Shown here piece by piece: positions 55,102 to 64,000 of a stretch of DNA of 64,000 nucleotides. The notes under the pieces were generated by a model. That model searched no databases and was not told the DNA's origin. It was given only the letters and a program-made list of their open reading frames with translations. The DNA comes from Clostridiales bacterium (GTDB taxonomy: Bacteria > Bacillota > Clostridia > Oscillospirales > CAG-272). How positions within the stretch are numbered: position 1 is the stretch's first letter; every line of letters starts with the position of its first letter. Both the position numbers and the translations under genes were made by a program. The stretch spans positions 4,432-68,431 of the forward strand of contig DURE01000045.1 in the NCBI GenBank assembly GCA_012837425.1, given 5' to 3'.

Positions 55102-56543
55102 GGCTTTGTAATTCTATATGTCGTGCCGGCCGGCGTATCGGTGAGAATAACACCCCGGTCGGCAAGCTCTGCGCGGATGCGGTCGGCCAAAGCATAGTCC
55201 CTGGCCTTTTTGGCCTCGGCCCGCTCGGCAATCAGCTTCAAAATCTCGGCCACAAACGGGTCGTCGACCTCGGCCCCCTTTACGGCAGCAGTGCGCTCCT
55301 CGGCACACAGCCTCTCGGCAGCTTCGACAAGGTCGAGCGAGAGCACGCGGTCAAAATCGTTTATCAGCGCCAGCTTAGTTGCCGGATTTGTGTCGGATTT
55401 GAGCACGTCGTAGACCGCGGTTATAGCAAGCGAGGTGTTCAGGTCGTTTTCAAGCGCCGCGACAAACCCGGATTTAAGCGCCTCATAGGCCCCCTTGTCG
55501 ACTTTTCCGCCCTTTTCGGGGACAAGAGCCGAGATACGGGAGACCAGCTTGTTGTAGGCCGTCCGGGCGTTGTCAAGATTCTCCCATGAGAATACAAGAG
55601 ATTTTCGGTAATGCGACCCGAGGCAGAAAAACCGATAGGCCAGGGGATTGTATCCCTTTTCCTCAAGCAATGACAGGGTGAGAAACTCGCCCGACGACTT
55701 GCTCATCTTGCCGGCGGCGTAGACCAGGTGCGCTCCGTGAACCCAAAAGTTGCACCACTTGTGCCCGAGATAGGCCTCGCTCTGGGCTATTTCGTTTGTG
55801 TGGTGCGGGAAGGCGTTGTCAATCCCGCCGCAGTGGATATCCAGCCGCTCGCCGAGATATTTCATTGCGATACATGAGCACTCGATATGCCAGCCGGGAT
55901 ACCCAACCCCCCAGGGGCTATCCCATTTGAGTTCCTGGTCCTCAAATTTCGATTTGGTAAACCAGAGCGCAAAGTCGGCGGGGTTTCTCTTGTTCTTGTC
56001 CTCCCCGACCCCCTCGCGCACGCCGACCGCCAGGTCCTCCTCCCTGAAGTCGTGGAAAACATGATACTCATCAAGCCTTGAAATGTCAAAATACACGTTT
56101 CCGCCCGAAAGATACGCATACCCCTTGTCAAGCAGGACCGAAATGACCCTGATAAACTCATCAATACAGGAGGTTGCCGGCACGACAACCTCGGGCTTTT
56201 TGATGCCCAGCTTCTCGCAGTCGGCAAAAAATGCGTCGGTATAAAACCTGGCTATCTCCATTACCGACTTTTTCTCGCGGCGCGCGCCCCGGAGCATTTT
56301 GTCCTCGCCGGTGTCGGCGTCGCTGGTCAGGTGGCCGACGTCGGTGATATTCATCACGCGCCGGACTTCATATCCTGAGTAAGCCAGATACTTTTCAAGC
56401 ACATCCTCCGTAATGTATGTACGGAGGTTCCCGATATGGGCATAATGATACACGGTCGGCCCGCAGGTGTACATGCATATAACCCCGGGCTCAACCGGTA
56501 CCAGCTCTTCTTTTTTGCGTGTGTACGAGTTGTAAATCTGCAT
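55098..56543 (-). CDS. cysS: Cysteine--tRNA ligase
   Basis: HIGN and KMSKS class I motifs, with N-terminus MQIYNSYTRKKEELVP. Confidence 0.95.
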   Translation of the reverse strand: MQIYNSYTRKKEELVPVEPGVICMYTCGPTVYHYAHIGNLRTYITEDVLEKYLAYSGYEVRRVMNITDVGHLTSDADTGEDKMLRGARREKKSVMEIARFYTDAFFADCEKLGIKKPEVVVPATSCIDEFIRVISVLLDKGYAYLSGGNVYFDISRLDEYHVFHDFREEDLAVGVREGVGEDKNKRNPADFALWFTKSKFEDQELKWDSPWGVGYPGWHIECSCIAMKYLGERLDIHCGGIDNAFPHHTNEIAQSEAYLGHKWCNFWVHGAHLVYAAGKMSKSSGEFLTLSLLEEKGYNPLAYRFFCLGSHYRKSLVFSWENLDNARTAYNKLVSRISALVPEKGGKVDKGAYEALKSGFVAALENDLNTSLAITAVYDVLKSDTNPATKLALINDFDRVLSLDLVEAAERLCAEERTAAVKGAEVDDPFVAEILKLIAERAEAKKARDYALADRIRAELADRGVILTDTPAGTTYRITKP

Positions 56544-56574
56544 ACTGAGAACTGACTTTCAAAACTAACGATAA

Positions 56575-56973
56575 TTATTCTTCGGCTATAATGACCTCGG
56601 GGTCGGTGTTGTCCGAGGTCTCTCCCATCAGCTCGGCGAGGTCAAAGTCCTCGTCCTCCCCGGCTTCACCGGTTTCTTGCGCCTTCGGCGCTTTCTTCTG
56701 ACAGCATCCGCAGACCGACTGAAGGATGGATTTCACATGCGGATACCCCGGAATTGAGATAGTAATCTCACGCTCGACCTCCTTTTTCACGGACGGCCTG
56801 CAGCCGATAAAGAGCAGGAGCGAGGCAATACCCCATTCGCCCTTCTCCTTGTCGCGCTTTACCGCGAGCGGACATAAGGCCAGGAAGGCCAGCGCGCCTA
56901 AAACCCACGCAACAGCGCTGTTCTTCTTTTTCTTTGGCGCGTAGTGTTTTCGGTACCATCTGTCAAGTATCAT
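56575..56973 (-). CDS. Hypothetical small membrane protein with an acidic tail
   Basis: AAGGAGGGAAG RBS before MILDRWYRKHY, one or two TM segments and a CGCC motif. No family recognised. Confidence 0.5.
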   Translation of the reverse strand: MILDRWYRKHYAPKKKKNSAVAWVLGALAFLALCPLAVKRDKEKGEWGIASLLLFIGCRPSVKKEVEREITISIPGYPHVKSILQSVCGCCQKKAPKAQETGEAGEDEDFDLAELMGETSDNTDPEVIIAEE

Positions 56974-56998
56974 CTTTCTTCCCTCCTTAGGGTTTCTT

Positions 56999-57622
56999 TT
57001 ATTTGCAGATAGCGTCGGCCGCCTCGGCAACTTCCCTGGCGGCAACCTCTATATCGTCGGCAGTGTTGACAATTACCACCCGGTCGCCGAGCAGGTCAAA
57101 GACCCTGAAATAGGCCGCCCGGTATTTTTCAAGCTTTTCTTTTGTTTCGTAAATGTCGGTTATAGCCCGCCCCCGCAGGCGCTCGATGCATATTTCGGGG
57201 TCAAGATCAAGGAATATGCATAGGTCGGGGCGCCGGATTTCGGGGCAGTTTATATTCATCGAAAACACCCAATCAAAGTCGGTCTCACTCCCTTGATATG
57301 CCAGCGACGAATAATAGTATCTGTCGCAAATCACGTCATATCCGTCTGAGAGCATTTTATTTATCCCCGAGACCGGGTTGACGTTGTGGAAAATCCGGTC
57401 AAGGACAAAAAGCGCCGCCATCTCGCCGGGAGACCTCTGTGTTATCCCCGAGAGCGCGTCGCGAAGCATTCCGCCCAACTGCGAGTTTGTCGGCTCTGCG
57501 GTGACATAAACCCGCCGGCCGCGCGCGACAAGGTGCTTTTTCAGCAGGTTTATATGCTTGGTTTTGCCTGAGCCGTCAAGCCCCTCGAAAACTATAAATT
57601 TTCCTGTTTTTTTATCCGACAT
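56999..57622 (-). CDS. tmk: Thymidylate kinase
   Basis: FIVFEGLDGSGKT P-loop and DRY motif (CDRYYYSS). Confidence 0.9.
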   Translation of the reverse strand: MSDKKTGKFIVFEGLDGSGKTKHINLLKKHLVARGRRVYVTAEPTNSQLGGMLRDALSGITQRSPGEMAALFVLDRIFHNVNPVSGINKMLSDGYDVICDRYYYSSLAYQGSETDFDWVFSMNINCPEIRRPDLCIFLDLDPEICIERLRGRAITDIYETKEKLEKYRAAYFRVFDLLGDRVVIVNTADDIEVAAREVAEAADAICK

Positions 57623-57769
57623 TTCAGCCTCGCGCCGCCCGGGGAGGGCTTTTGTGTGTTTCCATAATATGATTATACCCCAAGTTCGGTTCACTGTCAA
57701 GCAAAAGCTGCGCAACAAGGGATTTATTGCAGGTCAGATTGCCTGCCTTTTGTTGCCTGCCGGAATTAT

Positions 57770-58918
57770 TCAGCCAACCACAAATTCCAGCGGAACCGAG
57801 TCGGCCATGCGGGCGGCACCGGCCAGGCTCGGGTGGAGCTGGTCGCCGCTGTCATACTCGGGGGCAATGCGCTTGGGGTCATTAGGATCCATTACCGCAC
57901 GCTCAAAATCTATAACCCCGTCTATCAGGTCAGTGGTTCTTATCCACTCGTTGACACGGCATCGGGTTTCTTCGCGCACCCCGTCGCCGGCAAGGCAGCG
58001 CGGACAGGGCAGAAGGGTTGCAAGATAAATCTTCATCCCGTGCCGCCGGGCGATTTCAATATACTTTTTGTATCCCTGCCCGATAAGCTCGTCGGCGCCG
58101 GGCAGTTCGCTCATGGGGCTATACCGCGAGCTTCCGGGGTGAATGAGGTCGTTTATCCCGTGCAGCACAAAAACGCGGTCGGCGCCGGCCTGCAGGATGT
58201 CGCGCTCAAATCTTTTAATTCCAGCCTCGCCCCAATGCCGCTTGATGCGGTAACCGTACTCAAGCAAAACCCGGCTGCCGCCGATTCCCTTCCGGATTAT
58301 CGCCCGGTTTGTCAGTCCCAGCGAGTGAATTTTGCGGGCGAGGCAGTCAGGCCAGGGCTGCGCGGTTATCGAGTCGCCGAAGGCAACAATAGCCGCGCAG
58401 TCGTCCGAGGTCTGAAAATCAATAGTATGCAGGAAAACATACGGGCCGCCCTCGCCGTATTCCTCAAGCGGCACACAGGCTTTGTCGGCCCAGTCACCCT
58501 TGCCGAAGTATTTTTTTATATAAGGTCCGTTGTTTGAATGCCCGGTTGTCAGCTGAGTGGGGCCGGTAAAATACATGCTGACACAAAATTCCCGCCCGGC
58601 CTCAACAGCAAAGGGGGTTTCGTCACTTACCACGCTCCCGCCCGCCGGCAGGGTGACACTGCACCTCCCGCCGAAGGTCACCGCTGCATTTGTCGCCGGG
58701 TCTACAAACTCGCCGGTTGTCCTCTGGGCGAGGTAAACCTTGTCAACAGTTACGCTCTCGGTCCCGTATAGGTTAGAGAAATGCAGCCGCAGGGCCCGGG
58801 CGTTCATGGTCGGGAAAATAACATAACGGAAGGTTTGGTCTTTGATATAGTCGGCGTGGTTCTGGGCCGTGTATGAGATTGAAGCGCCCCATCCGGCCAC
58901 CCATTTAATGTTCTCCAT
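57770..58918 (-). CDS. SGNH/GDSL-family hydrolase with an N-terminal beta-rich domain
   Basis: FGDSIT (Ser block I), GINDL and D..HP (block V). Start at MENIKWVAGW. Confidence 0.7.
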   Translation of the reverse strand: MENIKWVAGWGASISYTAQNHADYIKDQTFRYVIFPTMNARALRLHFSNLYGTESVTVDKVYLAQRTTGEFVDPATNAAVTFGGRCSVTLPAGGSVVSDETPFAVEAGREFCVSMYFTGPTQLTTGHSNNGPYIKKYFGKGDWADKACVPLEEYGEGGPYVFLHTIDFQTSDDCAAIVAFGDSITAQPWPDCLARKIHSLGLTNRAIIRKGIGGSRVLLEYGYRIKRHWGEAGIKRFERDILQAGADRVFVLHGINDLIHPGSSRYSPMSELPGADELIGQGYKKYIEIARRHGMKIYLATLLPCPRCLAGDGVREETRCRVNEWIRTTDLIDGVIDFERAVMDPNDPKRIAPEYDSGDQLHPSLAGAARMADSVPLEFVVG

Positions 58919-58971
58919 AAATCCGTCCCTCGCCAAGATAAATCGCTGTCTGAATAATCTGGTTTGCCTGT

Positions 58972-60477
58972 TTATGTCATGCTCCCGCTTGTCTGTTTGA
59001 GTATTACGTTGTGATACCCGCCCTCGACAATGCTGGTTGCAGACACCAGGGTGAGCTTGGCGTTCTTCCGGAAATCGGCCAGGTTTGTGCAGCCGCAGTT
59101 GCACATGGTCGACTTTACTTTGTGCAGGCTCTTTGCCACGTTGTCGCGCAGCGGGCCGGCATAGACAACGTAGGAGTCGACGCCCTCCTCGAATGTAAGC
59201 GAATTCTTGCCTCCGAGGTCGTATCTCTGCCAGTTGCGGGCGCGGTTTGAGCCCTCGCCCCAGTATTCCTTGACATATGTGCCGTTAATCATCAGCTTGC
59301 TGGTCGGGCTTTCGTCAAAGCGGGCAAAATATCTTCCGAGCATCAAGAAGTCGGATCCCATGGCAAGCGCCAAGGTCATGTGGTAATCGTGCACGATACC
59401 GCCATCCGAGCAAATCGGGATGTATATTCCGGTTTCTTTAAAATACTCGTCGCGGGCGGCAGAGACCTCGATAAGGGCGGTGGCCTGTCCGCGTCCTATT
59501 CCCTTCTGCTCGCGGGTAATACAGATAGAACCGCCCCCGATTCCCACCTTGACAAAGTCGGCGCCGGCGCGGGCGAGGAAAAGGAACCCTTCACGGTCGA
59601 CCACATTCCCTGCCCCTACTTTGACACTGTCGCCGAACTCGGAGCGGATAAAGTCAATGGTCTGCTTCTGCCAGCAGGTATACCCGTCCGATGAGTCTAT
59701 ACATAGCACGTCGGCACCCGCTTCAAGCAGCGCAGGGACACGCTTTTCATAGTCCAGAGTATTGATGCCGGCCCCCACCAAATAACGCTTTTTCGAGTCG
59801 AGCAGTTCCTGTGGGTTTTCCTTGTGCTGCGAGTAGTCCTTGCGGAAGACAAGATAGAGCAGCCTGTCATCCTTGTCAACTATCGGAAGCTGGTTTATCT
59901 TGTTGTCCCAGATAATATCGTTCGCTTCCTTCAGGGTGGTATTCTCGGGAGCGGTGATGAGCTTTTCACGTGGGGTCATGAATTCCCTGACTTTCATGGT
60001 CGGGGACATCCGGCTGACGCGGTAGTCCCGGCTGGTGACAAGTCCGAGCAGTCTGCCGTGTGAGCTGCCGTCGTCGGTTACAGCAATAGTGTTGTGCTCG
60101 GTCCGCTCTACCAGGCCTATAACGTCGGCAAGCGTATCGTCGGGGCGTAGGTTTGAGTCGCTGACCACAAATCCTGCCTTATACGACTTGACACGCCCTA
60201 TCATTGCGGCCTGGTCCTCTATGGGCTGCGAGCAGTAAATAAAGGAAAGCCCGCCTTCACGCGCGAGAGCAACAGCCATTTTATCATCCGAGACAGACTG
60301 CATAATCGCGGATACAAGCGGGATATTGAGGTATATCGGGGACTCCTCGTCCTTCTTGAATCTGACCAGCGGGGTGCGGAGCGAAACATTTGCCGGGATG
60401 CACTCCGGCGAGGTATACCCGGGTATAAGAAGGTATTCGCTGAAGGTGCGGGACGGTTCGTTGTAATAATAAGCCAT
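58972..60477 (-). CDS. guaB: IMP dehydrogenase-family protein with a CBS pair
   Basis: [12 protein letters not shown] catalytic loop and N-terminus [29 protein letters not shown]. Confidence 0.8.
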   Translation of the reverse strand: MAYYYNEPSRTFSEYLLIPGYTSPECIPANVSLRTPLVRFKKDEESPIYLNIPLVSAIMQSVSDDKMAVALAREGGLSFIYCSQPIEDQAAMIGRVKSYKAGFVVSDSNLRPDDTLADVIGLVERTEHNTIAVTDDGSSHGRLLGLVTSRDYRVSRMSPTMKVREFMTPREKLITAPENTTLKEANDIIWDNKINQLPIVDKDDRLLYLVFRKDYSQHKENPQELLDSKKRYLVGAGINTLDYEKRVPALLEAGADVLCIDSSDGYTCWQKQTIDFIRSEFGDSVKVGAGNVVDREGFLFLARAGADFVKVGIGGGSICITREQKGIGRGQATALIEVSAARDEYFKETGIYIPICSDGGIVHDYHMTLALAMGSDFLMLGRYFARFDESPTSKLMINGTYVKEYWGEGSNRARNWQRYDLGGKNSLTFEEGVDSYVVYAGPLRDNVAKSLHKVKSTMCNCGCTNLADFRKNAKLTLVSATSIVEGGYHNVILKQTSGSMT

Positions 60478-60851
60478 TATGCCCTCCAAATCTGCAGAAT
60501 TTTTGATAACCTGATAATTTTATTTGAGATATTATATATCATTATACCATGTTTTGCAATAGTTTTTTTGCTATCAACTCAAAATCAACTCAAATTCGGA
60601 TATTCGCACTGTTTTCGGCGCGGCCCGGGCGACAAACTTTATAACTTGTACAAACCCGCTGAACGCCTTCGGGTGCCTGACATCCTGTTTTTTACACTTG
60701 AAATACCTGGCTATATTTGTTATAATTACACAAGCGCAGCCTCAAAGTTGTTTATCGCACAAAACCGCATTGACGCAAAAAGACAGTGTGTCACAAACAT
60801 AACATAGTCTCGTTCTATTTGAGGTTTTTTATAAATTTGTGAGGGATAAAA

Positions 60852-62675
60852 ATGAACCCGAAAATTCTAAATTACAAGGTATTTTTCAAATTATCCTGTG
60901 CCACACTGGCACTCCTTTTACTTGTCCCGCTGTTCTCGGCCTGCGCCACGGACGGGCTCTCGGCTTACGAGATAGCGCTCAAGAACGGCTCCGCCTCCGG
61001 TATGTCCGAGGAGGAGTGGCTGGCCTCGCTGGCCGGCCGTGACGGGCGGGACGGCGCCGACGGGAAATCGGCCTTTGAGCTTGCCTGTGAGGCCGGGTTC
61101 AAGGGCTCGGTCACAGAGTGGCTTGCCTCACTTGCCGGGCAGGACGGAAAAGACGGCAAGAACGGAGCGGAGGGCAAATCGGCGTACGAAGTTGCGGTTG
61201 CCCAAGGCTATACCAAAAGCGAGGCCGAATGGGTGGCCGAGCTGCTCGGCAACAAAGAAGGTTCAGGGGTCGGCAGTGGCGTCGGCATATCTTCGGTCTA
61301 TGTGAATGCCGACCGGCACCTGATAATCCGGCTCACCAACAACACTATAATCGACGCGGGCTATGTCGGGGTAGCCGACGAAAAGCAGCCCGACCCGAAC
61401 ATCGGTAAAACCGACGCCGACGGTTACATTATCGTCGATGAGAGGGTGGTGGTTATTGCCTCTCTGCTCAACATCCGGTCCTCGCCCGACTCATCCTCCG
61501 ACACCAATATTGTGGCTACTCTGCCTTCGGACACCGAACTTCAGCGTGTGGGGGTCGGCTCAGGCAATATTACCTGGAGCAAGGTGATATATAACGGCAG
61601 GGTATGCTATGCCGCGTCAAGATATCTTGAGGTGTCGGCCAGCCAGTCTGAGGTTGATTTGACCGGAATTGAAATACCCAGGGTAAATCTCCTTGACTCC
61701 TATACCCTGCTTGTCGGCACCCAGACCTGTTTTGAGGTCGACCAGTTTGTCCTGGGACTGGCCTCGGACATGTACACATCATTTAAATACAGCGGCACCG
61801 GCGAGGTGCGGCTGACACCCGGCTCGATAGCAATAAAGCCCACCGCCGCCGAGACCGCGCACCTGACTTTTTATATAAGAAAATTCATCTCGGGTCGCCT
61901 TGAGGTCATTTATTCCAAAACCGTAAAACTGGTTTCAATTTATCCCGCCCCGCTGCCGCTTGTCGGCCTAGTTATCGGCGACAGCCGTATATCCGACGGC
62001 ACGCTGGTCAACACGCTAAAGAGCAATTTCGGTGCTTCCCTAACGCTTATAGGCACGCTCAAAACCTCAGACGGGGTGGCGCATGAGGGACGCGGGGCCT
62101 GGAGCACGGCAAATTACGCCTTAACAAGCGAAGCCCTGGGCCGCGAAAACCCGTTTTTGAACCCGGGGAAAAGCAAATTTGACTTTGAATATTACCTCGC
62201 CCGGACCGGATTGTCCTGCCCCGATTTTGTGGTATTTAATTTAGGCGCCAACGACGACTACAGCGCGCTGTCCATTCAGTATTATACCGAAATGATAAAC
62301 TCAATACTTGCATATAACGCCGCGCACAGAAAATCGGTGAAAATCCTCATTATGACCGAATATCTCTCCCCGCCCGACGGCTACAGCATTTCCTATATTA
62401 CCGATTTAGCAGTCAAGCGCGAGCTGCAGTTTGAGTATTTCAGCAGGCAGTATGCCGCCTTCGGCAACCGGGAGACCGAGGGCATTTACCTTATACCGAA
62501 CTATATTGTCATAGACAACGACGCCGACCGGATTTGGGGCGAGGTTTCGGTGTCCGAGCGGGGAGGCAGGAATGAAATGGCGATAACCGATGTAATTCAT
62601 CTGAGCGCCTCGGGGTATAAAAAAGAAGCAGACATTATCACGGCATACATATATTCGATTTTTTCAGCCGGCTGA
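60852..62675 (+). CDS. Lipoprotein: tail-fibre-like triple repeat plus SH3b-like plus SGNH-hydrolase-like domains
   Basis: Lipobox LFSAC. Three repeats of the type SAYE.A...G..GS..EW..SLAG.DG.DG. An SH3b-like LNIRSSPD...WSKV region and a C-terminal GDSRISDG/GANDDY region. Confidence 0.7.
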   Translation: MNPKILNYKVFFKLSCATLALLLLVPLFSACATDGLSAYEIALKNGSASGMSEEEWLASLAGRDGRDGADGKSAFELACEAGFKGSVTEWLASLAGQDGKDGKNGAEGKSAYEVAVAQGYTKSEAEWVAELLGNKEGSGVGSGVGISSVYVNADRHLIIRLTNNTIIDAGYVGVADEKQPDPNIGKTDADGYIIVDERVVVIASLLNIRSSPDSSSDTNIVATLPSDTELQRVGVGSGNITWSKVIYNGRVCYAASRYLEVSASQSEVDLTGIEIPRVNLLDSYTLLVGTQTCFEVDQFVLGLASDMYTSFKYSGTGEVRLTPGSIAIKPTAAETAHLTFYIRKFISGRLEVIYSKTVKLVSIYPAPLPLVGLVIGDSRISDGTLVNTLKSNFGASLTLIGTLKTSDGVAHEGRGAWSTANYALTSEALGRENPFLNPGKSKFDFEYYLARTGLSCPDFVVFNLGANDDYSALSIQYYTEMINSILAYNAAHRKSVKILIMTEYLSPPDGYSISYITDLAVKRELQFEYFSRQYAAFGNRETEGIYLIPNYIVIDNDADRIWGEVSVSERGGRNEMAITDVIHLSASGYKKEADIITAYIYSIFSAG

Positions 62676-62774
62676 CAGCAAAAATTCACCTGCTCCCCAT
62701 ACTCCGGCATTGACAAAAGCCAACTTGTGCTGTAAAATAGGAAAAGGCACTGAAAAACAAAGGATTTATAACCG

Positions 62775-63875
62775 ATGAAACGAATTATTGCAGTTCTGAT
62801 TTCCATATTTATTCTGCTGACAATATCGGCCTGCGGCAACAGCAGCAAAAAAGACGACGAGACCTCGCAAAGCCTTGAGGACTATATCGAGAGCATTTCA
62901 AAGGCGCTTGAGGACGGCTCTTACTGGACGACGGTAAGCAGCGAGCCCGAGCTTTTGATCGAGGTTTATGAGAGCTATGCCGAGATTACCGGCTGCAAAA
63001 ACGCGGTCGGGAGCATTGTGATACCGAAAGAATACAATGGCAAGCCGGTGAACAGGATAGCGCCCGGCGCTTTTGAGGGAATGCTCGGTATCACCTCGGT
63101 GCTCCTGCCCGACAGCCTGCACGAAATTGGCAACCGCGCCTTTATGAGCTGCAGCGGCCTGAGTTCAATTAACATCCCCGACACGGTAAAAACTATTGGC
63201 TCGGCGGCTTTTTACGGCTCGGGAGTAAAGTGTGTCAATATCGGCGCGGGGGTGACTGAAATCGGCTCAAATGCCTTCGGCAACTGCACAGACCTTGAGT
63301 CAATAAAGGTATCTGCCGCAAATACCACCTATGCCGACGAGTCGGGGGTCCTCTATACCATTGACCGGACCGAGCTTGTCAGATACCCGGCCGGCAGGAC
63401 CGATGAGAGCTACACAATATATGATACCGTACAAAAGGTCAGCAACTTTGCATTCTCATACTCGCAGCACTTAAAGTCGGTGACCGTCGGGAACTCTGTC
63501 ACCTCGCTCGGCGATTATACCTTCCTGTCCTGTACAAAGCTTGAAAGCATAAACCTCGGCTCCTCCCTGACCTTTATAGGCGCCAACACCTTTGACTCCT
63601 GCACCGCGCTTAACTCGGTGACAATCCCCGAAGGGGTTAGAACCATCGGCTACATTAGCGACTCGCTTGAATGCGGCGGCAGCTTCATAGGCTGCACGGC
63701 GCTGACCGAGATAAACCTGCCCGCCACTCTTGTCGCCATATACCAGCGAAGCTTTGAGGAATGCACAAATCTTGCCAGAGTCAACTTCGCTGGCAGCGCC
63801 GGGGAGTGGGCCGCGATTACTGTAGGGGAGCACAACGAGCCGCTGACCAAGGCTGAAATCAGATTCAACAAATAA
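62775..63875 (+). CDS. Leucine-rich-repeat (BspA-like) lipoprotein
   Basis: Lipobox LTISAC. Repeated I(P)..V..IG..AF..C..L..I units. Confidence 0.75.
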   Translation: MKRIIAVLISIFILLTISACGNSSKKDDETSQSLEDYIESISKALEDGSYWTTVSSEPELLIEVYESYAEITGCKNAVGSIVIPKEYNGKPVNRIAPGAFEGMLGITSVLLPDSLHEIGNRAFMSCSGLSSINIPDTVKTIGSAAFYGSGVKCVNIGAGVTEIGSNAFGNCTDLESIKVSAANTTYADESGVLYTIDRTELVRYPAGRTDESYTIYDTVQKVSNFAFSYSQHLKSVTVGNSVTSLGDYTFLSCTKLESINLGSSLTFIGANTFDSCTALNSVTIPEGVRTIGYISDSLECGGSFIGCTALTEINLPATLVAIYQRSFEECTNLARVNFAGSAGEWAAITVGEHNEPLTKAEIRFNK

Positions 63876-63890
63876 ACAAAAACGCACATA

Positions 63891-63918
63891 ACCGCCCGGA
63901 GGTGCCGGGCGGTTTTTG
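63891..63918 (+). terminator. Intrinsic terminator
   Basis: ACCGCCCGG-AGGTG-CCGGGCGGT followed by TTTTT. Confidence 0.75.
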
Positions 63919-64000
63919 TGTTGTGCCGCCTGCTGCGGATGTTCGCCTGCCTGTCATTTCATGCTCAGGGCGCGAATATATATTCTGTAAAAAGGCTACA

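Noticed and set aside
1-64000. CRISPR arrays, transposases, integrases, prophage blocks, toxin-antitoxin pairs, restriction-modification genes or other defence islands.
   Set aside because: No repeat-spacer array is present; the tandem repeats have only 2-3 units and no spacers. No ORF showed recombinase, nuclease-helicase or reverse-transcriptase hallmarks. The window is dominated by housekeeping operons.

Overview
This 64-kb window looks like a GC-rich, spore-forming Clostridia (Oscillospiraceae/Ruminococcaceae-like) chromosome. That reading rests on spoIIID, a SCIFF cassette, PdaA-like deacetylases and a DUF1540 protein. Most of it is tightly packed core genome.

Main content, in order:
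- 3' end of an [FeFe]-hydrogenase gene.
- SCIFF ranthipeptide precursor and its radical-SAM maturase, preceded by an unrecognised Cys/Arg-rich small ORF in its own transcription unit.
- A PLP-dependent decarboxylase.
- A frameshift-split secreted protein and a ROK-like regulator.
- tRNA-Arg(CCU).
- A six-gene corrinoid methyltransferase island: corrinoid protein, PocR-AraC regulator, three URO-D-family methyltransferases and a RACE activase.
- Deacetylases, membrane proteins, a TrmH methyltransferase and spoIIID.
- apgM-lepB-rbgA-rnhB-yraN, a dipeptidase, thrC and tig-clpP-clpX.
- A cysteine-rich orphan protein and a CvpA-like protein.
- A nine-gene arginine supercluster, argG-argH-argC-argJ-argB-argD-argF-carA-carB.
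- A T-box-controlled gatC-gatA-gatB-aspS operon.
- tmk-cysS-gtrA, an SGNH hydrolase, an IMPDH-family gene and two lipoproteins.

There is no CRISPR array, transposase, integrase, reverse transcriptase or recognisable defence gene.

Observations most worth follow-up:
1. carB continues in frame into a DapF-like domain whose first catalytic Cys is replaced by Ala.
2. The Cys/Arg-rich ORF next to SCIFF shares an LGGCG motif with it.
3. A dispersed palindromic repeat family has at least six intergenic copies, two of which bracket the corrinoid island next to the tRNA.
4. An unexplained 209-nt GC-rich leader lies between the T-box terminator and gatC.
5. A roughly 20-Cys orphan protein has no family I can name.

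All calls come from reading the sequence and ORF translations. No database search was run.
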